Positions 11,624-19,371 of a DNA stretch of 64,000 nucleotides are shown here, one piece after another (position 1 is the stretch's first letter; every line of letters starts with the position of its first letter). This stretch comes from Verrucomicrobiota bacterium (GTDB lineage: Bacteria > Verrucomicrobiota > Kiritimatiellia > CAIQIC01), in NCBI GenBank assembly GCA_004321905.1, contig SCQF01000053.1, positions 39,192 to 103,191 of the forward strand. Direction: 5' to 3'. The position numbers and the translations under genes are program-made. Under the pieces are notes generated by a model that saw nothing but the letters and a program-made list of their open reading frames with translations, had not been told where the DNA came from and searched no databases.

Positions 11624-11648
11624 GTAGGGGCGCAAGCGGCGCCTCTAC
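11624..11648. repeat. GTAG-type REP-like hairpin
   Basis: GTAGGGGCGC-aagcg-GCGCCTCTAC. Confidence 0.55.
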
Positions 11649-11656
11649 CAAACAGC

Positions 11657-11676
11657 TTTTCCAGGCCTTGGAAAAA
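11657..11676. repeat. TTCCAA-N3-TTGGAA palindrome, single
   Basis: TTTTCCAGGCCTTGGAAAAA abutting the PHP stop codon. Confidence 0.85.
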
Positions 11677-12516
11677 TTACGCTGGCCGGCGCGCTTCCAG
11701 CACCGGCAAGAGGTCATCAGGAACACGCAAGCTGCCAAAACCACGTCCCAGTTTGATGTCCGGCATCAGCGCGCCGTGAAAATCCGAACCACCAGTCACC
11801 GCGAGGCCGAGGTCCACGGCGAGCCGATGAAAAAGTTTCGCCTGCGACGAATTATGTTCGCTGTGATAGACCTCGACGCCTTCGAGTCCGGCATCGCGCA
11901 ATTCCAGCAGTAGCGCACGCAACATTTTTTGCCCCAGCTTGAGCGAGCACGGATGCGCCAGCACCGGCACACCCCCCGCTTCGCGGATCATCTGAATCGA
12001 GTCCGCTGGGGAGAGCCGAAAACGTTCGGCATAGGCGGGCTTGCCGCGCGCGAGAAATTTGGCGAAGGCCTCATCCTTGTCCTTCACATGGCCGCGGGCA
12101 ATCATCGCTCGCGCAAAATGCGGACGTCCGACCACCTCGCCGCCGGCCAGCGCATGGACTTCGTCCCAGGTCAATTCCAAGCCGAGTTCGTGCAGATGAT
12201 TCAGGATTTTTTGATTTCGCTCCGTACGCCCGGCGCGTAGTTGGGCGAGCTTTTCCTGCAAGCCGGCGTGGGCTGGATCGAAAAAATAACCAAGCATGTG
12301 CAGCGCGCCGGGATGATGTTCGGCGCTGATTTCGACGCCGGTAATGCCGCGCACACCGCTGGTTTTGGTGGCAGCGAAAAAGCGCGGCAAGCCTTCGGTG
12401 GTGTCGTGGTCGGTCAGCGCTACGACGGTGAGCTGGGCTTCCGCGGCGACGGCAACGAGTTCTTCCGGCGTCATCGAGCCGTCGGAAAAAACCGAATGGG
12501 TATGCAGATCAATCAC
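11677..12516 (-). CDS. PHP-domain phosphoesterase (TrpH/YciV-like)
   Basis: IDLHTHSVFSDG, ALTDHDT, GRPH, VLAHP and TGGSDFHG motifs. Confidence 0.92.
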   Translation of the reverse strand: MIDLHTHSVFSDGSMTPEELVAVAAEAQLTVVALTDHDTTEGLPRFFAATKTSGVRGITGVEISAEHHPGALHMLGYFFDPAHAGLQEKLAQLRAGRTERNQKILNHLHELGLELTWDEVHALAGGEVVGRPHFARAMIARGHVKDKDEAFAKFLARGKPAYAERFRLSPADSIQMIREAGGVPVLAHPCSLKLGQKMLRALLLELRDAGLEGVEVYHSEHNSSQAKLFHRLAVDLGLAVTGGSDFHGALMPDIKLGRGFGSLRVPDDLLPVLEARRPA

Positions 12517-12589
12517 GTGGAGAAGAAACCACGAAATCCACGAAATGGCACGAAATCTTTTTACAATCAGTGCTCAGCTTCAGAAAAAT

Positions 12590-12653
12590 GGCAGGGCGAA
12601 GCCTCTGGCTGAGCCGACAACCACCGCAGCTCGGCGGGACGCCTCGCCCTACC
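12590..12653. repeat. REP-like inverted doublet
   Basis: Minus strand reads GGTAGGGCGAGGCGTCCCGCCGAGC...GGCTCAGCCAGAGGCTTCGCCCTGCC. Confidence 0.7.
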
Positions 12654-12671
12654 CTCCCCTGCTTGACCCGA

Positions 12672-14666
12672 TTATTTCCGCGCGAGGAGCTTCTTGGCGG
12701 TTTCGACGATGTTCGCCGTCGTGAAGCCAAATTTCTCCGCCAGCACCTTGCCCGGTGCGGAGGCGCCGAAGTGGTCAATACCGACCACTTTACCGGTATT
12801 GCCGACGTACTTCTCCCAGCCCATCGCACAACCAGCCTCCACCGCCACGCGACGTTTGCAACCCGGCGGCAGCACATCGTTGCGATATTTCTTGGTCTGT
12901 TGCTCAAACAAATCCCACGAAGCCATGTTGACCACGCGAACGTTCGCACCTTCTGCCGCGAGTTGTTCGCCCGCCGCCAGGGTGATGGCCACTTCCGAGC
13001 CGCTGCCGATCAGGATGAGGTCCGGCGTCCCCTGCCCGCTCTGCCACAACGTATAAGCACCGTTGCGGATGCTGGAGGCTGCCGGGAATTTGCTGCGGTC
13101 GAGCACCGGCAATGCTTGGCGCGTCAAGAGCAGTGCCGTCGGGCCGTCGGTGCGCTCCAATGCGAGTTGCCACGCGGCGGCGGTTTCGGTCGGATCGCCG
13201 GGACGAAGGATCGAAACGTTCGGCATGCAGCGCAACGCCGCGATGTGCTCGATCGGCTCGTGCGTCGGGCCATCTTCGCCGACGAAAATGCTGTCGTGCG
13301 TCAGCACATAGAGCGCCGGAATCTTCATCAGAGCCGCGAGCCGGATCGCCGGACGGCAATAGTCGGTAAAGACGAAGAACGTCGCGCCATAGACAATCCA
13401 GCCGCCGTGCAGAATCATGCCGTTGATGATGCCCAGCATACCGTGTTCGCGCACACCAAAGTGCAGGTTACGGCCCAAGAACTGGCGCTTGCCGATATCG
13501 GCGAAGCCTTTGAGGTGCGTGTTGTTGCTCGGTGCGAGGTCGGCGGAACCGCCAATGAGATTCGGCAACACCTTGGCCAGCGCGTTGAGCGTTTCGCCAG
13601 ATGCTTGCCGCGTCGCCATCGGCTTGGTCGGATCGAACACCGGTAACGCCTTGGCGAGGTCCGCCGGCAATTTACGCTTCTGGTGGATGTCCCACTCTTG
13701 CGCCAGTTCCGGATTGACCTGCTTCCACGCGGCCAGTTTCTGCTTCCACGTGGCATTGGCCTGGGCCAGATCGGCGGCGCGGGCCACGAACATCGCGCGC
13801 ACTTCGTCCGGCACAAAGAAATCCTTATCCACCGGCATACCGAGCGCGGCCTTGGTCGCCTTGACCTCGTCGGTGCCGAGCGGTTCGCCGTGCGCCTTGT
13901 GGGAGTCGCGTTTGTTCGGGCTACCCTGCCCGATGTGCGTGTGACCAATGATCAGCGTCGGCTTCTCCTGCGACGTACGCGCTTGGGCCAGCGCCTGCTC
14001 GCACGCTGCCGCATCGTGACCATCAATCTCCAGCACGTTCCAGCCATAGGCATCGAAGCGCTTGCGGACGTCGTCGCTGGTAGCGAGGCTGGTTTTGCCT
14101 TCGATGGTAATCTCGTTGTAGTCGTAGAACGCGATCAGCTTGTTCAGCCCCAGATGCCCCGCCAGCGAGCACGCCTCGTGGCTGATGCCTTCCATCATGC
14201 AGCCATCCCCCATGATGGTGTAGGTGTAGTGATCCACGACGTTCTGGCCGTCCTTGTTGAACTTGGCCGCGAGCATCGCCTCGGCCAGCGCCATACCGAC
14301 CGCGTTGCTGATGCCGGCGCCGAGCGGGCCGGTCGTCGTTTCCACACCCACCGTGTGACCGAACTCCGGGTGACCCGGCGTCTTGCTGTCCCACTGCCGG
14401 AATTGCTGGAGTTGCTCGATCGGTAGCGCGTAGCCCGAAAGATGCAACATGCTATAGAGCAACATCGAACCGTGACCGGCGGAAAGGACGAAGCGGTCGC
14501 GGTCGGGCCACTGCGGGTCGGCGGGATCGTGCTTGAGATACTTCAGCCACAAAACACTGGCGAATTCGGCGCAACCCATCGGCATACCCGGATGCCCGGA
14601 GTTGGCTTTTTGTACGCCGTCCATGGCCAAGCCACGGATCGTATTGGCAGCGAGCGTGAGGTTCAT
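12672..14666 (-). CDS. tkt: Transketolase
   Basis: ANSGHPGMPMG, DRDRFVLSAGHGSMLLY, GDGCMMEG, THDSIFVGEDGPTH. Confidence 0.98.
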   Translation of the reverse strand: MNLTLAANTIRGLAMDGVQKANSGHPGMPMGCAEFASVLWLKYLKHDPADPQWPDRDRFVLSAGHGSMLLYSMLHLSGYALPIEQLQQFRQWDSKTPGHPEFGHTVGVETTTGPLGAGISNAVGMALAEAMLAAKFNKDGQNVVDHYTYTIMGDGCMMEGISHEACSLAGHLGLNKLIAFYDYNEITIEGKTSLATSDDVRKRFDAYGWNVLEIDGHDAAACEQALAQARTSQEKPTLIIGHTHIGQGSPNKRDSHKAHGEPLGTDEVKATKAALGMPVDKDFFVPDEVRAMFVARAADLAQANATWKQKLAAWKQVNPELAQEWDIHQKRKLPADLAKALPVFDPTKPMATRQASGETLNALAKVLPNLIGGSADLAPSNNTHLKGFADIGKRQFLGRNLHFGVREHGMLGIINGMILHGGWIVYGATFFVFTDYCRPAIRLAALMKIPALYVLTHDSIFVGEDGPTHEPIEHIAALRCMPNVSILRPGDPTETAAAWQLALERTDGPTALLLTRQALPVLDRSKFPAASSIRNGAYTLWQSGQGTPDLILIGSGSEVAITLAAGEQLAAEGANVRVVNMASWDLFEQQTKKYRNDVLPPGCKRRVAVEAGCAMGWEKYVGNTGKVVGIDHFGASAPGKVLAEKFGFTTANIVETAKKLLARK

Positions 14667-14807
14667 TTCGATTTTCCTTTTCGTTGAATGCGACGCAAAA
14701 ACGCGCTGTCGTTTAGCAGGCGACGCCCGCAAAGTCAAGGCAACGGCAACGCTTCACCGCCAAGTCGCCAAGGACGCCAAGATCGGACAAAACCTGCGCC
14801 GCCGAAC

Positions 14808-14891
14808 TTTTCCAAGGCCCGGAAATCGTGAAGCAAAGGTTTTCCAACCATTGGGAACCCCGCCAACTCTCTATTCCAATGATTGGGAAAA
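14808..14891. repeat. TTCCAA-N3-TTGGAA palindrome triple (degenerate)
   Basis: Cores at 14812, 14844 and 14876 (32 + 32 bp). Confidence 0.85.
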
Positions 14892-14897
14892 GCGTGG

Positions 14898-14955
14898 TTT
14901 TAACATTCCGCGTCATGCGCGCGGGTGCCGCGTCGCATGAACGCGGTTGTTGGCA
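14898..14955 (-). mobile_element. Integron attC-like site
   Basis: TGCCAAC-aa-CCGCGT-t-CATGCG-a-CGCGG-cac-CCGCG-CGCATG-ACGCGG-aat-GTTAAAA: AAC/GTT cores, imperfect palindrome with two unpaired bases, 4 nt after the ATPase stop codon. Confidence 0.78.
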
Positions 14956-14959
14956 TTCC

Positions 14960-16471
14960 TCATGATGACAGCGACTCCTCGATCTCTCTGAGAACGGCGA
15001 CGACCTCGGCAGCGGATGATTCAAATTCAGCGCGAAGAGTATCTTCGTTCTTTCCGATTGCGCCCTCAACTTCCTCAAGGAGAGCACGCTTGGCCTCGCG
15101 TTTGGCCTTCTTGTCTGCAAGCGCCTTCACCTGAGCCACTCGATCCGCAAAGCGCACGGGATAGTAGTCCTCAAAGTTGTGATTTGCCAATTGCTTGAAT
15201 TGTCTCCGATTCCATCCAGTACGGCCATAAAACTCTGCTAGTTGATCCACAATGGTCTTTTCGGCATCACCCCCGTCAACCAAAACCCACGCCTTGTTCT
15301 TGTACGCAGGCTCCAGATGAAGAAATACAAGTAGTTCGTTGAAGTCACGGAACCGGGGGGCAACTTCGGAGAGAGAATGTGCAGAGTAAGTCCGGAGCCT
15401 TGGGCCGAGCGACGGAACGAACCACGGTATGAGGTATTCGCGAATCATCTTCTCTGCGGATGATTCCTCGAGGATGAGCCATGCCGCCCACATATCTACA
15501 TCGTGAAGTTCGTAACCCAGCTCCGAGAGCACCTCCCGTCTACTATCAGGGGACGCGTCTATTTCTCTCACGCTTGACGTGGGCATCCTCTTGACTAGGG
15601 TTGAATCGACTCGGAGAACCTTGCACTCCGGGTACGACCCAAGGCGTTTCAGAACGATGTTTGAATGGGTCGTAAGGATGAACTGGTTCTCGGCTGACTT
15701 CTCACCGATGAGGTCGAGTAACGCCTTTAGAGCCTTTGGGTGGACATCATTCTCCGGTTCCTCGATAAGGAAAAGTTGGTTCTCGGCGATTGCCAAGTGA
15801 ACGACAAGACCAAGAATATTCATTACGCCCTCTCCCATTGCGAGCAAGGGGATTTGGTTCATATTGCGGACTGTGTACACGGCCCGCTTCCCTTGACCTG
15901 TATGGGCAGTTGTGACCCTGAACCCCAATATCTCGTCGCATGCACGCATGTACAAGGCATGCGCGGGAAGAAACTCGGGATTGGAGAGGCGGTCAATCTT
16001 GGCATTCAGATTCGTGAACGTCGAAGGAACTGCTTCAACAACGCCGTCGCTGACTTGCTCACCCAGTTGGGTTACTTTACGTTTCGAGACGAATGGGTAG
16101 ATGAAGTTCCCCGGCTCCTTTCCGGGAGGCTTGTGCACGTGTTCATGGTGGTTCGTTCCTTCAATAACCTCTAAAAGGGGGAAATCGTTATGATCCTTCC
16201 GGTATAGATACCGGGCTCGTGTGAGCTTCTTGTGAAAGTATTTCTGATCGCAGTCTCCGAACGTGATTTCAGCTCTCGCCTCGGTCTCCCCCAATCTCAC
16301 ATCCTCCGGCCTTGGATAGGGAAGACCATCCTGAAGACCGAGCAGAGGAAGAAGGATCGTGGACTTCCCTGCGTTGTTTGGCCCAACAAGGACGTTGATA
16401 CGCTTGGAGAAATCGACCTTCGCTTCTACAAAGGAGCGGATGTTCTTCAATATCAGCGACTGAATCCACAT
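14960..16471 (-). CDS. ABC-type ATPase with TOPRIM-like domain (OLD-family-like nuclease)
   Basis: Walker A GPNNAGKS, signature MGEG, Walker B LIEEPENDVHP, H-loop TTHS; C-terminal ILEESSAE...LVDGGD; more AT-rich than the flanks. Confidence 0.75.
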   Translation of the reverse strand: MWIQSLILKNIRSFVEAKVDFSKRINVLVGPNNAGKSTILLPLLGLQDGLPYPRPEDVRLGETEARAEITFGDCDQKYFHKKLTRARYLYRKDHNDFPLLEVIEGTNHHEHVHKPPGKEPGNFIYPFVSKRKVTQLGEQVSDGVVEAVPSTFTNLNAKIDRLSNPEFLPAHALYMRACDEILGFRVTTAHTGQGKRAVYTVRNMNQIPLLAMGEGVMNILGLVVHLAIAENQLFLIEEPENDVHPKALKALLDLIGEKSAENQFILTTHSNIVLKRLGSYPECKVLRVDSTLVKRMPTSSVREIDASPDSRREVLSELGYELHDVDMWAAWLILEESSAEKMIREYLIPWFVPSLGPRLRTYSAHSLSEVAPRFRDFNELLVFLHLEPAYKNKAWVLVDGGDAEKTIVDQLAEFYGRTGWNRRQFKQLANHNFEDYYPVRFADRVAQVKALADKKAKREAKRALLEEVEGAIGKNEDTLRAEFESSAAEVVAVLREIEESLSS

Positions 16472-16496
16472 AGCCGATCTTCCTCTTCTGTTCGTG

Positions 16497-16525
16497 TGGC
16501 AACAGTATTATTGAGCGAACTAAAG
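16497..16525 (-). mobile_element. Cassette 5' core / attI-like remnant
   Basis: Minus strand TTTAGTTCGCTCAATAATACT-GTTGCCA; GTTGCCA is 6/7 complementary to the attC inverse core TGCCAAC and lies 25 nt before the ATG. Confidence 0.55.
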
Positions 16526-16639
16526 GTTGTCTTTATACAGCCGTCCTTTCCGCGTCACGGTGGCAAGATAAGGCGGGCGACTTGTCTTGCCAAGCGGGAA
16601 AACATCTGTGCACAAAGAGAATCGAAAAGCAGTTCGTTG

Positions 16640-16657
16640 TTTCCACGCCTTGGAAAA
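16640..16657. repeat. TTCCAA-N3-TTGGAA palindrome, single
   Basis: TTTCCACGCCTTGGAAAA just upstream of TTGACG-N17-TAATGC. Confidence 0.8.
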
Positions 16658-16725
16658 GCGAAAGAAGCTTTGACGCTGCCGTTGGGTGGTGGTAATGCTC
16701 GCTGCGTTCTCAAAGGAGTTGAGTC

Positions 16726-17487
16726 ATGAGCAAGAATTTCAAACGGATTGCAATTGTGACGGGGGCGACGTCGGGGATTGGTGAAGCAACGGCGCGGAAA
16801 TTTGTTGCCGCCGGATTCGGCGTGGTCGGCAACGGGCGTAACGCCACGAAACTCGCGACGCTCGAAAAGGAGTTGGGACGTGCCTTCTGCGGCGTCGCTG
16901 GCAATGCCGCCGATGGTGCTGTGCTGGAGCAACTCTTTGCCGCAGCCACCAAGCATTTCGGCAAGTCGGCGGACATCGTCGTGGCCAACGCCGGGCGCGG
17001 GTTGGGCGGTTCGGTCAAGGACGCCGATTTGGTGCAATTTGAGGAAGTGCTCAAAACCAACGTCGCCGGTACGCTCGCCTTACTCCAAAAAGCTGCCCAG
17101 AAAATGCTGGATGGGCAACAGCGTACCTTCCCGAAGTCGGCGGCGGACATCGTCATCGTCGGGTCGGTAGTGGGACGGAACATCTCTCCGTTCAGCGCGG
17201 TCTATGGCGCCACCAAGTTCGCCGTGCATGCGCTGGCCGAAGGTTTACGACGCGAAATCGGACCGAAAGGTGTACGCGTTTCGCTGGTTGAGCCGGGGAT
17301 TCTGATCAGCGGATTCCAAGCCGTGGCCGGCTATAGCGATGCGATGGTGAACACCTTCAAAGAAAAATTCGGGCCGTTGGTCGAGACCACCGACGTAGCG
17401 AATGCCATCCACTATATCGTCACCCAACCGCCCCATGTGCATATCAGCGATATCACCATCCGCCCCACGCGGCAGGATTATCCCTGA
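16726..17487 (+). CDS. Short-chain dehydrogenase/reductase
   Basis: TGATSGIG, NAG and YGATK motifs; RBS AAGGAG. Confidence 0.92.
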   Translation: MSKNFKRIAIVTGATSGIGEATARKFVAAGFGVVGNGRNATKLATLEKELGRAFCGVAGNAADGAVLEQLFAAATKHFGKSADIVVANAGRGLGGSVKDADLVQFEEVLKTNVAGTLALLQKAAQKMLDGQQRTFPKSAADIVIVGSVVGRNISPFSAVYGATKFAVHALAEGLRREIGPKGVRVSLVEPGILISGFQAVAGYSDAMVNTFKEKFGPLVETTDVANAIHYIVTQPPHVHISDITIRPTRQDYP

Positions 17488-17496
17488 TTTCTTACC

Positions 17497-17565
17497 CTCT
17501 GCGAGCTTTGCGCGCTCCGCGCGAACCATTCGGATTTTCGCGCAGAGAACGCGGAGCACGCAAAG
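17497..17565. repeat. Inverted ~9-bp-period triad repeat between convergent genes
   Basis: CTCTGCGAGCTTTGCGCGCTCCGCGCGAA...TTCGCGCAGAGAACGCGGAGCACGCAAAG. Confidence 0.6.
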
Positions 17566-18087
17566 TTAGGAGGCGCTAAGTTCCCGTTGATAGGTCGCAA
17601 AGGCTTCGGGGCTGAAGGCAACGAAGGTGACTTGTTCCGGCAATTTCTTTTGAGCCAATTCCGCGCGGCAGGTTTCCACGGCGATGCGCGTGGCGCGGTC
17701 GAGCGGAAAGCGATAGACGCCGGTGCTGATGGCCGGAAACGCGATGGTACGGATGTTGTGTTCACGCGCGAGCTTCAGACTGCTGCGATAACACGAGGCC
17801 AGTAGTTCATCCTCGCCTTTACCGCCGCCACTCCACACCGGGCCGACGGTGTGGATGACCCACTTGGCGCGCAGTTTGAAGCCCGGTGTGATTTTGGCGT
17901 TGCCGGTGGCGCAGCCGCCGAGTTTGGCGCACTTGAGGAAGAGCCGCGTTCCCGCCGCGCGATGAATCGCGCCATCCACCCCACCCCCGCCCAGTAGCGT
18001 CGAGTTGGCGGCATTGACGAGGGCATCCACCGCGAGCGTGGTGATATCGCCTTCTATCACACGCAAGCGTTCGCTGGCGGGGTTCAT
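17566..18087 (-). CDS. Macro-domain O-acetyl-ADP-ribose deacetylase (YmdB-like)
   Basis: [42 protein letters not shown]. Confidence 0.93.
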   Translation of the reverse strand: MNPASERLRVIEGDITTLAVDALVNAANSTLLGGGGVDGAIHRAAGTRLFLKCAKLGGCATGNAKITPGFKLRAKWVIHTVGPVWSGGGKGEDELLASCYRSSLKLAREHNIRTIAFPAISTGVYRFPLDRATRIAVETCRAELAQKKLPEQVTFVAFSPEAFATYQRELSAS

Positions 18088-18473
18088 TTGGCAAGCTTCT
18101 TGAGCAGCAGCGCAAAGCGCGGGTCGGTGTGGAGTGTTTCAAGGTTGTCGTCCTTGAGCAGCCAATCGCGGTCGGCATAGCCGAGCCGGACGGCATGGTC
18201 GAGCGCGTCAAACGCGTCATCGGATTTGCCGGTCAGCGCGTAGCTACATGCGAGGTTATACCAAACGTAGGGATCGCCGGGATGCGTCTGCGAAAGCGTC
18301 AAATCCAATTCCAATCCCTCTTCAAAACGCCCAATCTTGGTATAGAGGTCGCCGAGCACCTCGTTGACCGGACGGTAGGCGGGGCAACGTCGCCGCACCC
18401 GTTCCAGAAAATTCATTTCCACGCGCCGCGCGCGGCTGACGCCGGAGCTTGATTTTTTCGCAGGGCTTTTCAT
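18084..18473 (-). CDS. TPR-like protein
   Basis: YNLACSYAL...[13 protein letters not shown]...[13 protein letters not shown]. Confidence 0.8.
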   Translation of the reverse strand: MKSPAKKSSSGVSRARRVEMNFLERVRRRCPAYRPVNEVLGDLYTKIGRFEEGLELDLTLSQTHPGDPYVWYNLACSYALTGKSDDAFDALDHAVRLGYADRDWLLKDDNLETLHTDPRFALLLKKLAK

Positions 18474-18532
18474 GGCGCGGCAGAATATACACGGTTTGGA
18501 TTTATCCGCCAAGGGAGCGCTGCGGCCTGCAA

Positions 18533-18587
18533 GGTGGAACGCGTCGCCCTCGACGCGTTCAAGCGCGTTCAGTGAACGCGCTCCACC
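18533..18587. repeat. GTGG-type REP-like inverted doublet
   Basis: GGTGGAACGCGTCGCCCTCGACGCGTT...AAGCGCGTTCAGTGAACGCGCTCCACC. Confidence 0.7.
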
Positions 18588-18602
18588 AAGCTTGTGCCTG
18601 AC

Positions 18603-18652
18603 TTTTCCAAGGTCTGGAAAATCAAGCGACGCATTTTCCCAAACCTTGGAAA
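18603..18652. repeat. TTCCAA-N3-TTGGAA palindrome pair
   Basis: Cores at 18607 and 18639 (32 bp). Confidence 0.9.
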
Positions 18653-18726
18653 CTCGATTCCAAAGGTGGCCCGCGACGTCCCCGGCGCGGGTTTTTCCGC
18701 CGTCCAGAGGCCGGCGGCCACTTGCT

Positions 18727-19371
18727 TCAGCTTTGCTGCGGTGTGACGGCGGAAAGCGCCTGCGCCATTGGCGTAGGCGTCGCCGCGGCCGCGGGACGCG
18801 GTGCGGCTGCCGGGCGTGCGGGCGCGGGATGCGCCGGAGCTTGGCTGCCTTTGCTCTTGGTACGCGGAATGAGCATCATCAGAATGTTGCGGCCCATCAA
18901 GCGCGGTAATTGCTCGGCTTGGGCCACATCTTGTACATCACGGATAACGCGGTTCATCACCTCGAAGCCGATTTCCTGATGCGCGCTTTCGCGGCCCCGG
19001 AAGAAGAGAATGACTTTGACGCGATGGCCTTCGCCGATAAAATCGCGCAGGTGGCGCACTTTGGTTTGATAGTCGTGATCGCCGACGTTCGGGTGGAATT
19101 GGATTTCTTTGATCTTGGTGGCGGAGGAGTGCTGGCGCGCCTGCTTATCGCGCTTCTCCTGCTCGTAGCGGAATTTGCCGTAGTCGGTGATGCGGCAGAC
19201 CGGCGGCTGGGCGTTGGGCGAAATTTCGACCAAATCCAAGCCGGCTTGTTGGGCCCGTGAGAGGGCTTCGCGGGTCGGGACGACGCCAATCTGTTGGCCG
19301 TCCTCCCCGATCAGACGGACCTCGGGAACCCGGATCCGCATATTGATACGCACGTTTGTTTGTATGGTCAT
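18727..19371 (-). CDS. infC: Translation initiation factor IF-3 (Ala/Pro-rich C-terminal tail)
   Basis: RINMRIRVPEVRLIG, LDLVEISPNAQPPVCRITDYGKFRYE, KVILFFRGRE; start is ATG 19371 or ATA 19365. Confidence 0.96.
   Translation of the reverse strand: MTIQTNVRINMRIRVPEVRLIGEDGQQIGVVPTREALSRAQQAGLDLVEISPNAQPPVCRITDYGKFRYEQEKRDKQARQHSSATKIKEIQFHPNVGDHDYQTKVRHLRDFIGEGHRVKVILFFRGRESAHQEIGFEVMNRVIRDVQDVAQAEQLPRLMGRNILMMLIPRTKSKGSQAPAHPAPARPAAAPRPAAAATPTPMAQALSAVTPQQS

Noticed and set aside
14808-14891. Repeat-spacer-repeat palindromes as mini-CRISPR arrays
   Set aside because: Repeats are only ~19 bp, spacers ~13 bp, at most three units per locus, and no cas gene or leader is present.
16525-16540. 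LexA/SOS box near the attI-like site (GGTTGTCTTTATACAG)
   Set aside because: Only one half matches CTGT-N8-ACAG, and no integrase gene follows.
14906-16557. 10-bp direct repeat TTCCGCGTCA flanking the ATPase gene as a target-site duplication
   Set aside because: The left copy is part of the attC arm; the cassette model explains the boundaries better and a 10-mer match could be chance.
17566-18473. Macro domain plus TPR as part of a defence island with the ATPase
   Set aside because: Host-like composition, typical YmdB-like housekeeping sequence, and located outside the cassette boundaries.
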